Shown: positions 8,643-23,556 of the stretch, in pieces
Layout of the letters: every line of letters begins with the position of its first letter
How positions within the stretch are numbered: position 1 is the stretch's first letter
The notes under the pieces: generated by a model
What the model was told of the DNA's origin: nothing
Databases searched by the model: none
Seen by the model: only the letters and a program-made list of their open reading frames with translations
Origin: Guillardia theta CCMP2712
Taxonomy: Eukaryota > Protista > Cryptophyta
DNA length: 51,061 bases
Assembly (NCBI RefSeq): GCF_000315625.1
Contig: NW_005434559.1
Span: forward strand, 1-51,061
Direction of reading: 5' to 3'
Made by a program: the position numbers and the translations under genes

Positions 8643-9164
8643 ATGCTCGATAAACGGTTTGCTCTGACAACAGTAGAACAAGAGATCATACGCGTAGAAG
8701 AAAAGATTAAGGAGGTAGACAGAGAGATTGGGAGAGTGGAAAAAGACATCTCAGCGTACAAGGCACGCAGTCCGATTACACAATGCCTGCTTTTCGAGCT
8801 TTTCTTTTGCAAGAAGGTGCAGTACGGGTTGAGCCTTACCTATCGGGGATCACCAGAGCCCACGCAAATGGATGGAATATCTAGTCATCACCTTCGATGC
8901 AAAGGGAGGCATACAACAACTTCCCAACCACAGAACTTGCTTGAGGCTCGTGAACCCCCAGCAAGGAGGCTACAACGCTTTCATATTAGAGCCTCACAGG
9001 ATGTCAGTAGAGTTTGTGCTGCTGACAAAGGCAAACGTCCATCCTTTCAAGCTGACTTTGTTTGCAGAGGCTCTCACTGGGCTTGGTATCCTTGCAGCTG
9101 GGTGGAAGGTGAGGGTAGTGTTCATGGTGCCGCGAGACTGAAAGGCTCTAGAGCTTTCGGATAG
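8643..9164 (+). pseudogene. Crinkler/RHS-like relic: short coiled coil followed by a frameshifted C-terminal restriction-endonuclease-like segment
   Basis: Coiled coil VEQEIIRVEEKIKEVDREIGRVEKDI, then LLFELFFC, then in another frame NPQQGGYNAFIL...VEFVLLTKANVHPFKL...VRVVFMVP. This resembles from memory the CRN C-terminal pattern NQGGYDA...VQVT...H.FK...FVVP. Confidence 0.4.
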
Positions 9165-11067
9165 GCAAAATCACGGGCTGCGGTGCGCTGGAGAAGTACG
9201 GATGGAAGCGAGGGCACGAAGAGAGGCAGGCAGAGGTAGCGGTCAAGGATGTCGCGTGAGCTCACCGGCGTTAGCAAGGGACAGCCGGGGAGGCGTGTGG
9301 CAGACGAGGCAAAGATCCGATCAGGAGCGGCGGCTCAGTCGCACAGGGGCTTGGGAAGATGATCAGCCTGATATCTACAAAAAATGACTAGCAGGGTAGT
9401 GTAGAGCTTGAAAGGCAACCTACTTGATATGATGAATCCTCTGGTCATAATTTCGAAGTCCTTCGTTCATACTAACTGTCTCATTCTTCAGCAAAGGTGA
9501 TTGTATGTGTGAAGAGCCAGTTTCAAACACTTTGCAGCAGCATGAAGGAACACTTTATTCGGTTGCTTGCCCATATCTTTGAAGAAAATGCAACGACTTC
9601 AAAACCAATATATCAGCGAGACTTTCACGATTGTTCAAGTTGCTAAAGTTGGAGTCACATGACGCTCGCCGACAACGTTGACTGTTCGAGCTTTCACATA
9701 GGGCTATCCCTCTGCCTGCTGATGAAATATGCAGAACACGTTGCCTGCCAAGGGATTGGATTCAAACTTCACCATGTCGAGTCATCAAATTTTGCATCGT
9801 TGCCTTATATCCACTGCATGCTCCATGATGTCAATCGCAGTCGGGGAGGCTCCGTGAGAGACGCTGCTTGCGTCGGGCAGTGCCGCCGACTCGGTCTTCT
9901 ACGGCCGGTTTTGGCACAAATCATACTTTAGTATAGTTTTGTATTTTGAAATCTGTAACCTTTTTCTGGACACATCAAAGAGCTTTGGATTTGCTTCTGT
10001 TTTTCTCACCGTGCTTTCTATGTCTATTCTCACAAGAAATTGTTCTATTACTCTATCTATCCTTACAAAACATTGACTACTTGGTAGGATTCTCCATGAA
10101 AAACTAAACAAACTATATGAGGTTTCAGATCTTGCTCACATCAACATGGTAGGCATTTCCTTCAACAATGAGCTATACCTTGCATGCTGCAGAATGTCAT
10201 TCCTGACTACCTATACATAGAAGTCAAGTAAGCTTGCCATAAGCTCTAAATGAACCAAATGTCTTGAAACACAATCGCCTTGGTTAAGCTCCATCTCTTC
10301 GCTCCTTCTATTCTCTCGCAAGTTTGCCCATGTCCTCGTATGCCCTCACGCTCGCCATCGCTCTGGGGAAAAAATTATAAGTGTTTTAACAAAAGGGCCA
10401 AAGAACCCCTAAATTACAACTTTACAGGACTTACGGAGGGCAACAATTCCAAACGATGTGGTTTGAGCCGCCACTCCGCCCCCTTCTCTTCCCCCATCGA
10501 TCAGAGGCAGCAGAGGGCTCGGGAGAAACTCGTCGCGCCGTGATGCACGAGAGGCAACAATTCGAGGAGATGTGAGTCCAGCCTCCTTCCGCCTCCTTCG
10601 GACTCTCAGGGCCTTCTAACCACCACCGCCGCCGGCGGGCTGGGCCTCGCCGCGCCTGTGATCGGACTCCGGGCCGGCATTTCAAGTTTTGTACGGTCAA
10701 TGAGGGTCTCTTCAACTTAACTTTGAGTAAAAAGAGGGTGCTTTTGCAATCGGATTCGAACTTCGAGAAGCCTGAGGTACCATTTTCCTTTACTCAAAGT
10801 ACCCGTACGCTGGACCCGCGGCCCGGGCCCCGGGGCCCCCGCCGGGGCGGGCGGCCGGATCCGGCGATGATCTTTTTGCTTAGTTGGCGTACTAATTTTT
10901 AACTTAATTAAATTTGAGTAAAGAAGTCGGGCTAGTACAGGGTGACTGAGCCCCGGGCCCCGGCACACTACTGAAGCATCGGAATGACAGGAGCGGTCAA
11001 GTAGACTGCGGCGGTCAAGTGGGGAGGTGAAGAAACAGCGGCGTGATAAACTTCATCGCCTCTCGCA

Positions 11068-14000
11068 ATGGGCCATCCTCTCTTTAACTTAGTAAGATTC
11101 AGAAGAAGAGCCAACCATCCCTGAGAGACCAGAAGTCATTCATCAAGGACATTGATTTATCCATAGACTGACCAGCGCGACGAGCTGTGAGATTGTGAGA
11201 CTGTACGGTGGCCTTAGTATAGCGTGAGGGGATGAGGGAGGGAGGGAGAGAGAGTGACTTGAGGGTGTCAGATGAACAAGACAAACTTGAGCAGTGATGA
11301 CATAAGTGAGGCTGTCCGCGCTATGTTTGGAAGCCCTGGGCGAAGGATGCCGGTACTGACAAAGCATGCCTGTACATCATCATCTCCTTGCCTGTACATC
11401 ATTATCTCCAAGCTTGCTCCTCGTTGCGGTTCTCTCTTGAATTGTTCTGCATCGTGCAGGTCAGACTGAACCTTGAGAAGCTGAAGAATGAGAGTCGCGA
11501 CGACATGCGTTTCTTGAGCAAGACAATGAGAGACAAAGCCGCGAGAACAGGCAGTGTCTCTTTTTCGACGCGATGCCCTGACAAGCTTTTAGCACGAGTA
11601 TCTTCCTCGCGAGTCCTCGGTCAATCCACGAGGAGGCCAAGGCTGTGGGAGTTCCGAGCAGACACGCCCCTGTCAAAAGAAGCTCTGAAAGGTTCCTGTG
11701 ATTCCTATGATAAAGAGATGACTCCCTTCGTGATGTTTCTTCCTTCTCGCCTCTCACTGTTCAGAGTTGGGACTGAAGGATCATGATATCGCCCATACTC
11801 CTCTGGAAGAAATCATTGCTGAATGTAATGGCAATCGTCAAGAAGCCGAGATAAAGTATGATCGCCGGATGCCAGAAAGATATCTTACCAAATCCTTGAA
11901 TTCTCATTGTGTCGCATGCTTTGCCAGATTCCAGTTGTTTGAACGCAAACGCCTATCTCTCATAGAACAAGCAGTTGAAATCAGAAATCGACTTGCAATC
12001 GTGAGCTGTTCTTTGAACCTAGCGGCGTCAGTCAAAATGGCCTTGTAGATGGAAGTACGACTGTCTGGTATCGACGATGCGCGAGTTTTGGTCCTTTTCA
12101 ACAAATTTGCCATAGGCAGAACGTCTAGAGTTGGCCTAGTGGTCAGGCGACTCCTGAAACTGCTCGTGTCACCCAGATGACGATTTTTCAGAAGGACGCA
12201 AGTAATGGATTGGTCACCCTCGAAGCTTGGTTGAATTGTCTAAAGGTAAGACTTTCAATCTTACTCATCTCTGCGTTCCTTCCTGAGCACACTTCTAGCA
12301 TCTGAATTATGTTCCGGAGAAGATGGATGAAGCGGATGCAATAGAGGTACGAACATTGGGAGGTGCGAGGATCTGACAGTTTGTCAGATCTTCAGGTCGT
12401 TCCGTCAAGCTAGTTTGAACCTGGGATTCTTCCGTAGCTCCCTTCAGATGATCGTCCGCAAGATTGCTCAATCGGTTTTCTCCTATTCCTTGTTATTTAA
12501 GTGCATACCGCACCCACTTCATCTATGCAGGAGGAAGTAAAGCACCGTCATAGAAAATCCTTTGAGGCAGCTGCTGTCTTACCTTAACTCTATCTCATGA
12601 TGCTTCAGGACCTAGTGAAAGAGCGGAGAAAGCGTTTCTCTCACTTCGAACAGATGCAGAATCGTCAGTTGCTGAGGTCTGAGGCAAGCGGGAAAGTCTT
12701 TATGCTTGGGTGATGGTAATTGGCAGGGAGCTTGACGATGAGGTCTCATCCCGTGACAGACTGGTGAAGATGAAAGACAGATTTTACAAGGCAGATGCAA
12801 CCTTTAGAAATCTAATGGAAGAAAGGAAGAAGAAGTTGACAGAACGACTCGCGTATCTGAAGCAGAAGCATGACGATCAGATAAGGCATGTCGAGGCGTA
12901 CAGAGAACGAATCGAAGAGGAAAAACGTCTCAAAGCCGAGAAAAAGAAAGAGATTCACAGAGAGCTGATGGAGAAGTTGGCGAGAGACAAGGAGCAGCAG
13001 GCAGCGATCAACCAATTTCAGCAGGCTGTCAAGGAAGATCTGAAGATGCGTCACCTTGAGCAGGTCGCTCGGTCACAGGAGTACAAGCGGTCAAAGCTCA
13101 TGGCGAAGCTGGAGAAGAAGGCTAAGGTGCCGCTTGAGATGGCGAGTCATAAGGCAGCCTTCAGAGAAGAGCAAGCTATGGATCACTTTCACTGGAAGAT
13201 CCAGAAAGACAAGCTCGAGGTCGTCAAGGCTGACTTACGCTGGAAAGGAAAGCTTGTTGGACTTCCTAAGGAACTTGAAAGCTACTCTGTATTGCGATCC
13301 TTCCTTCACAATCAGGTACCTTACATCAGCGCCACTTCAGTTTCATTTCATCATTTACCTCTATGAGACCTTCACCTTCATCCTTCACCTCATTGCATTC
13401 TCCTTTCATTCCATTTCGCCTTCCTTCCCACTTCTGCTGTTCTTCAATTTTATGAGCAACTTCCACCGATTGCAGAAACTCAATGCGTGCCTTGACGATC
13501 TGAGCCCCGAGCTTCCGCCAGTGCAGGAGGGAGAGGTAAGCTGACGTTTCTCCTTTCCTGTTCTTAGACTATCGTGGCAGTGGATCCCCGGGAGGGTAGA
13601 GAAAGATCTCATCTCCTCCTACAAGTTGTTTCTGTCCCCTGACAGTGGGCAGTGCACCTTGAGGATCGAGGTCAGCTCGACAGTACCTGGGCAAGAGCTG
13701 AGCTGACGTGAGTTGGCAGCTCAAGCTCCTGCAGGGTTTGGCGGATGTGTACGTGGGGAATGGAACTCTTCCTTTTCCGACTCAGCAAGAGTATCACTGG
13801 AGCTCCTGCGGCCTGGGAGCTAAGAGGTGACGGGGAGAGGTGCAGGAAGCGAAGGTAACGAGAAGCACAGGCTTGCTATCCAGTTCTTCGACCACCACTT
13901 CATGCTCGGATACTTCTATATATCCGTGTTGGGAACCAAGAACGCGTTTCAAAGCTGCTGCGAGTATGAGCTGCGATGGGATTGCAGGAAGGTAAGAGAG

Positions 14001-14086
14001 AGTGAGTTGGAAGCTGATTGCTCTGACGCTGATGTCAGTTGCAATCGCCTCTAGCAGAAGTCGGCGACATGTCTAAGACCCATTAG
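11068..14086 (+). CDS. Multi-exon coiled-coil protein of unknown function (start uncertain)
   Basis: Spliceable exons include TPLSKEALK/LGLKDHDIAHTPLEEIIAECNGNRQEAEI/RFQLFERKRLSLIEQAVEIRNRLAI, a long charged coiled-coil exon at 12727-13315, and a last exon LQSPLAEVGDMSKTH*. Confidence 0.6.
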
Positions 14087-14527
14087 AGGAAATAGAGAGC
14101 GATAATACCTCAATGAGCTTTCGCGTTCGAGTGCTTGATGGAAGTAGCTCTTGTTGTTTGTAGACATAGCACTAGTGTTTGGTTGATATACAAAGCACTT
14201 TATTCCGAATTGCTTCTCCTCTCTGAGTTCATTTGCCTTCTATACAAACAAACATTTCCCCTTGTTCCATGCCTTTTAGGTTACGAGTGAAGCTCCTGAA
14301 TTTCAAGCTCTGTCAAGCTCTGATCGTCTTCTTATCTCGTTCGCTATGAATCTCCTTGCTTTGTGAAGCATCTTCTCCATGAAGCTCCAAGCTCTGACCA
14401 TCTCCTTCTCTCCTTGTCTATAAGCTTCTTCTCCCTCCCTCTCCTCTCGATCCTACCACAAGTCCATCTTGTGTCATTGGCTTTCACTCTGAGGCGGAGT
14501 TGGTTTACCCGCCAGGGTGCAAAACCA

Positions 14528-16902
<2,375 letters not shown>

Positions 16903-16978
16903 AAATTTACAAAAACGAAAACAATTATCTTGACGCCACGACTAGACAGAGAGAAACGAGGAGCTGACGAGAACTGAC

Positions 16979-19900
16979 TCATGGCATCCGCATGGGGAAG
17001 AAGACGTTCTGAGGGTAGATGGCCTGCGAGAGATTAAGCAACGAGTGATAGTACAAGAATGCCAGCAGTCATAGAGGAGGAGATTAAGCAACGAGTGATA
17101 GTAGAAGAATGCCAGCAGTCATAGAGGAGGAGATTAAGCAACGAGTGATAGTACAAGAATGCCAGCAGTCATAGAGGAGGAGATTAAGCAACGAGTGATA
17201 GTACAAGAATGCCAGCAGTCATAGAGGAGGAGATTAAGCAACGAGTGATAGTACAAGAATGCCAGCAGACATAGAGGAGGAGATTAAGCAACGAGTGATA
17301 GTACAAGAATGCCAGCAGTCATAGAGGAGGAGATTAAGCAACGAGTGATAGTACAAGAATGCCAGCAGTCATAGAGGAGGAGATTAAGCAACGAGTGATA
17401 GTACAAGAATGCCAGCAGTCATAGAGGAGAGGATTAAGCAACGAGTGATAGTACAAGAATGCCAGCAGTCATAGAGGAGGAGATTAAGCAACGAGTGATA
17501 GTACAAGAATGCCAGCAGTCATAGAGGAGGAGATTAAGCAACGAGTGATAGTACAAGAATGCCAGCAGACATAGAGGAGGAGATTAAGCAACGAGTGATA
17601 GTACAAGAATGCCAGCAGTCATAGAGGAGGAGATTAAGCAACGAGTGATAGTAGAAGAATGCCAGCAGTCATAGAGGAGGAGATTAAGCAACGAGTGATA
17701 GTACAAGAATGCCAGCAGTCATAGAGGAGGAGATTAAGCAACGAGTGATAGTACAAGAATGCCAGCAGTCATAGAGGAGGAGATTAAGCAACGAGTGATA
17801 GTACAAGAATGCCAGCAGTCATAGAGGAGGAGATTAAGCAACGAGTGATAGTAGAAGAATGCCAGCAGTCATAGAGGAGGAGATTAAGCAACGAGTGATA
17901 GTAGAAGAATGCCAGCAGACATAGAGAAGGAGGAGAGATTTCCAAGGAGAAAATGAAGCGCGAACAAGGAGAACTACACATGAGCCCACAAGTTCTTCAC
18001 CTGCTGGTTCCAGGAGGCGTTGGACGCAAAGGGCTGCATGGCCATCGGGTAGGACATGGCGAAGTCCGGGGGCTGCAGGAAGGGCAGACCGAAGTTGATC
18101 ATGCCAGGGTAGAGCTGCTCGGGGGGGGGAGGAAGCGGAGAGACGAGCGACTGCGATGTGATCAGGCAAACAAGAAGGCAGGAGGAAGGCAAATGAGAAA
18201 CACAGCAGCATGGCGGAAGGGGGGGGGGAAGGAGGAGGAGGAGGAGGAGGAGGAGGAGGAGGTTACCGCGGTGTACTGTTCCTTCAACAATGTCTGAACG
18301 ATCATCATGCTTGACATCTGCATGGTCGTCACGCCCCACAAAGATGAAGGTGATATGCAAGAAGATCGACAGCTCGACGACAACCATGCAAGGCAGGGAA
18401 GGGGAAGGCAGCTAAACGATCAGAGGAGGAGAGAGCATGGGAGGAGGAAGTGCAGAACGGAAGAGGTGGAGGAGGTGGTGGTGGTGGTCGTAGAGGAGGA
18501 GGACCTGTGCGCTTCTCAAAGAATTGAACTTGAGCTGATTCTTCTCAAGAAACGCAACGAGATCGTCTCGGTTTGTGCATCTGCTGTCACTTGAGTCGAT
18601 CAAACTTCAGCTCTCGCCCAGCTCACAGTGAGGACACGAAGGGTGCGTCGTCCTCAATCATGACACAGACAGGTCTGCCGGGGTCCTGCTGGATGTTAAA
18701 GATGCAAAGAATAGCATTGAAGAGAGGACGTAGGAGGCCAGGGACGAAAGGCACAGAGACGAAAACAGCGAGGAGAAGAGGAGAAGAGGAGAAGAGGAGA
18801 AGGGAATCAGAAAGCAGAGGAGGAGTCAGAAAGGAGAGGAGGAGTCAGAAAGCAGAGGAGGAGTCAGAAAGGAGAGGAGGAGTCAGAAAGGAGAGGAGGA
18901 GTCAGAAAGCAGAGGAGGAGTCAGAAAGGAGAGGAGGAGTCAGAAAGCAGAGGAGGAGTCAGAAAGCAGAGGAGGAGTCAGAAAGCAGAGGAGGAGTCAG
19001 AAAGCAGAGGAGGAGTCAGAAAGGAGAGGAGGAGTCAGAAAGGAGAGGAGGAGTCATGCTGCTTGCCTGAAGCGAGGCGCTGAAGATGGTAGAGATGTCG
19101 ACGAGGGAACTGCTTAGAGCCGCCTCCTTCATCCTCCCAGAGTCGTCATAGGGTGAGAGGTCGGCGATCTGAAGACCTGAAAGAAGGGAATGAAACATTG
19201 TCGCAAGGAGATGAGAGAGGAAGATGAAGTCAACGCAGCAGTGAAGTAGCAAAGGGAGACATTGAAGTAGCAAAGGGAGGCATGGGGAAGTAGGAGGGAG
19301 CAAGAGTCAGGTGAAAGAAGCCAGAACGCAACAAGGAGGGACAAAGGAGGAGGAGGAGGGAGGTGACAGGAAGGAGGGAAGGGCGAGGCAGAAGGTGAGA
19401 GCAAGAAGACGAGGAGGAGGAGGAGGAGAGGGGAGAGATCGAGGAATATGAAAGCAGCATCTACTTGTCCGCCGTTGTTGCTACTCGATGCGCCATCAGA
19501 ATCTCCGTTCCTGCTCTCAGTGTCACTCCCTTGCTGTCGAGCTCACAGGACCCGACATGCTCCCTCCATTGCCGTCGTCGCCGCTCCCACTACAAGCCTT
19601 GTCAGAAAAAAGTTGCTCAATAGGGCAAGAGAAGATCGAGAGAGAAGCAAGAGTGAAACGGAGAAGGGAAGAGAGCGCAAACTGAAGAGAAGGAAAGAGG
19701 AAAGAGGACAGCAGAACAGGATAGCAGATGAAGTGTAGTGGAGGAGAAGCATGCAGGTCTATCACGAACCTGCTTGGTGAGTTTGAGGAATTTGAGTTCC
19801 CATTGGTGGAGTCTGTTTGAACAACATGAGAGAAGATGTAACGCGGAACACAAAACAAGTGATGAGTTTGCTTGCCTGTTCCTGAATCTCGCAGAGAATC

Positions 19901-22900
19901 CAAGGATCCAGCTAGAAACATGAAGTTACGATGAGATGAACAAGCAAGAGAAGCAGCAGCAAAGGAGCTAGACAGAAGAAAAGGCTCAAGAGTCTTTCAA
20001 GAGTCTTGAAAAAGAAGAGGACAAACGAGACAAGAGAAATTTCTCGCCTGCAAGAAAGTTTGTCTGCTCGGGAGAAGACTTGCTTATGCTTGACTCTTTG
20101 TTCGCTTGCTTGCTCGCACTCTGCTTTAGGGGACGATCACAAACTCACCTTCTCCTCCTTCCTCCTTCCTCTCTTACTTGGATACCCGTTACAATGTTAC
20201 TTGCCATCCCTTTCTCAAGTAGCCGCTGCCAAGACAATTACGAATAGAAGGCAAATCAAAGATGAAGAAAAGAGAAGAGGAGGTGTGGGAAGAAAACTTC
20301 ATGGAGAGAAGAGAAGCGCAAGATAGATGAAGAGATCGTAAGAAAGATAAGAAGGCCTAGAGGAAGGGCAGGGAGCAAAGAGGACGACACGACAAGAGGG
20401 ATAAGAACTGATGATCGACTTCCACAGCATTTATACTCACTTTGTACCACTTGGCGAGATGCGAAGAAGTTCGCAAACGAACATTGAGCGTGCGGTAGGC
20501 GAAGATGTAATTCTGAACGAGGAAGTGGAGATGAGAAGAGCAACAATGGGCAAACAAACTCAGCAGCAAAAAGAGCAGCTCGGGTAAACAAGGAAGAAGC
20601 AGTCTCGATTCTATTTACCTTCTCCTCGATGGGGGCAGGTACGACTATGTTAACAGCGAGAAATCCTCTGCAGACAAAAGTCAATAAAAGACAAGGAGAG
20701 GAAAAGCGTTGCTTGAAGGTGAGAGGTCGGGGAAGGGGAGAGGGGTTTGATCGGCAAAGGAGGAAGACAGTGAGAAGGAGGAGGAAGAGGTGTTAGTGTT
20801 GGTGATCGTGAAGGAGGAAGAGGAAGGGGGAGGGCATGAAGCTGAAGAAGAACAACGGTCATGAAAGAGCAAGGCTCATCAAACCTCATCTTCGCCCACT
20901 CCAAGTACGCCAACGTGACGGCAGTGAGAATGTCCTGAAAAAAGTTGACAATAAGAACAGAAAGAGACAGAGACGACAAGAGACATTGCAACAACTTGAC
21001 GTTACCTGTCGTTCAGTTCCATTCTCGTCAGCGTAAAGAGGTGTACTGTCGATGCATTCGATGACGATCTGAGTCGAGAAGATAAGCGAGCGAGGGAGTA
21101 CGACAGGCTGAGAGGAGGTGAAAGGCAATGTTGCTGACCTGGTCGGGATTGTCTGGTTTTGCAGGGCCGAAATGTTCTTGAATGTACATGGCAAAGATCA
21201 AGATTTCTCCGATCGCTTGTGAACTCATGAAGAGGAAAATTGTCTTGCAGCTGAAATCTTGTCATGGTCAACAGAGCAGGAGCAAGTCAAACCGGTATGG
21301 GCTACTTCGATTGCTGTTGGCGCTTGAGGCTGGGGGAAGATGAGGACAGGAACGAAAGCTTGCGACTAGAGGCATACGCTTGTGCCGTAGCGCGTCAGAA
21401 ACTAGCTTGACGACGATGCGCTTATGGGAAGGACAAGCAACTTGCACCTGCGGGGTCGTGATGAGCGGGGTCGTGATGAGAGTCCAGAGGCGGTGGAGGA
21501 CGGGGGGGGAGCAAGAAATAAGCAGGAGGAAACAAGAGAAGCAGAGCAACAAAGAATGAGCCAAAGCAAGATTGAACATGAAATGGGCAGGGATTCGCTA
21601 TTGCCTTGGAGGTCAGATACTGTCCCAACCGACTCTCGTGCAGCTGGAAGCAAGAGACTGCGGCTAGTCAGCATGCGATTCTCTTCCTCCTCCTCCCCTA
21701 CCTCGGCCCGCAGGCTCTCGAGCCACGTCAGTCATCGCCCTGCAGGCAGTCTCAGCACCTCCCAGCTCCTCGCTCATAGGATACGCGTAGGGAGCTGGCG
21801 GCTCGCTGGCTGATCTGCTGGTGGACCCGCTGGTTCCCCCCAGCTGCCTCGCCGGCTCCCAGTCCTGGCAGGCGATGAGGTTGAGACAAGAAGCACGCAG
21901 AGCGACCAGTGTGGAAGACGGCAGGAAGGGGCCGTATCTCGCTGTGGTGAAGGGCAGCTGGACAACGATCTAGCGAAAGTGACTGGAGGGAGCTGAGAGC
22001 AGGAAGAAAGACCTGGTACTCGTCCACCAGAGCAGTCAGCTGCGCCGCAAACTGCTCTACGCTCATGGTTTGCATGTAGCTTGACACGGCCTGTCGATGC
22101 GATGAAAGGAGAGTTAGGGGGGGGGATGGGGGATGGGGGGGAGGGGGGGGGGGGGAGGGAGGAGGAGGGAGGAGGAGGAGGAAGAGAAAAAGGNNNNNNN
22201 NNNNNNNNNNNNNNNNNNNNNNNNNNNNNNNNNNNNNNNNNNNNNNNNNNNNNNNNNNNNNNNNNNNNNNNNNNNNNNNNNNNNNNNNNNNNNGAGATTT
22301 CCAAGGGGAAAATAAGCGGGAACAAGGAGAATTTCACATGAGCCCCCACTTTTTTTTCCTATTGGTTCCAGGAGGCGTTGGTCGCAAAGAGGTGCATGGC
22401 CCTCGGGTAGGACATGGCGAAGTCCAGGGGCGGCAGGAAGGGCAGCCGGAAGTTGTTCATCCCAGGGTAGAGGTGCTCGGGGGGGGGGGGAAGCGGAGAG
22501 ACGAGCGACTGCGATGTGATCAGGCAACCAAGAAGGCAGGAGGAAGGCAAATGAGAAACACAGCAGCATGGGGGGGGGGGGGGGGGATGGAGGAGAGAGG
22601 AGGAGGAGGAAGAGAAAAAGGATCGAAGCATACAGCTTTCAGCTTGTGGAGGCCGTCAAGAGGAAGTTGAAGCTGAAGGGTTTTGAGCGACATTGCGAGG
22701 TAGCGGCCTGTCTCACTCATCGTCATCTGAGCACTCAAGATGCTTGTAGCTCCCACCGAGCTTCCTCGTGTCAGGCCCATCCATCCCCCAGAATCTTCGC
22801 TTCAGCGCCTCCTGCCATGCTCTTCAGTGGAGCTCATTGGAGCTGTTCCTCACTTGTCTCCGTCGGAGGTTTCGCTGCAGCTCTTCCGTTGAGATCTGCT

Positions 22901-23556
22901 GGGCCGGGGCAGGTGGCTGCGAGCAATCAAGACCGGACAAGCAACGTACCATGCACGCGTTACCCGCGAGTTTGGGTCCTCGTACCCCGGGTCGTTGTTT
23001 GCCGACTGATCGCGCGACTGAGAGCTCCTGGCGCCTCCTCCATGTGACGAGGACGCGCCTCGTGTCTCAAAGAGCTGCCCGAGAGTTTTGCTGGGCATGA
23101 AGAGTGAGATGAGGAGGAGGGAGGAGGCGAGAGGTTACAGGTACCTGTAACACGTGTAGCACTTGATGAAGGAGATGAAGTCATCCGTGGAGAAGTTGTT
23201 GCTCTGAACACGCAGGCGGTCAAGATTTCGACCGCAAGTCAGCATCCTCACCCTCCACGAGGATAGACAAGTCTGAAGCGCTAGACGAGCCCCAGTAGGA
23301 AGCTCCTGCAACACAGTAAGACTCGAGAGGTTGAAAGCTCAAGGACCTGGAGGATCAGAGTGAAGTGATAGGGAGTGAGAGGAGATGGATACAGCTCCTC
23401 CTCCTGCTCCTCCTGCAGCTTCTGCTTCTTATTGTCGCCGCTCTGTGCGCCTCCGATGGCAGGGCCATTCAATTCTTCTATCCTCAGAAACTCTTGACGA
23501 GGCGAACCGCTTGGCACACATCGCCTGTGTTTCCTGCCCTCCTTACCTTGTGACAT
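16979..23556 (-). CDS. Large multi-exon hypothetical protein spanning the N-gap
   Basis: An in-phase splice crosses the gap: ...LHKLKA|gtatg...acag|AVSSYMQTMSVEQFAAQLTALVDEYQ. The last exons read ...ASWNQQ|AIYPQNVFFPMRMP*. No domain recognised. Confidence 0.55.
17030..17925. repeat. 50-bp minisatellite, ~18 near-identical copies, inside the last intron (17024-18000) of the hypothetical gene
   Basis: Unit GAGATTAAGCAACGAGTGATAGTACAAGAATGCCAGCAGTCATAGAGGAG with an exact 50-bp period. Confidence 0.97.
18805..19056. repeat. 19-bp intronic minisatellite GGAGTCAGAAAG(C/G)AGAGGA, ~13 copies
   Basis: Directly visible. Confidence 0.9.
22194..22293. other. Assembly gap (100 N)
   Basis: Run of N. Confidence 0.99.

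Noticed and set aside
9400-10300. Coding gene in the AT-richer stretch
   Set aside because: Only short, stop-riddled frames are present and I could not recognise a domain.
17030-17925. CRISPR array or coding repeat
   Set aside because: There are no spacers, the 50-bp period is not a multiple of 3, and the array lies within a GT-AG intron.
22294-22575. Real tandem paralog exon
   Set aside because: It is adjacent to the gap and error-rich, and the flanks overlap across it, so an assembly artefact is more likely.
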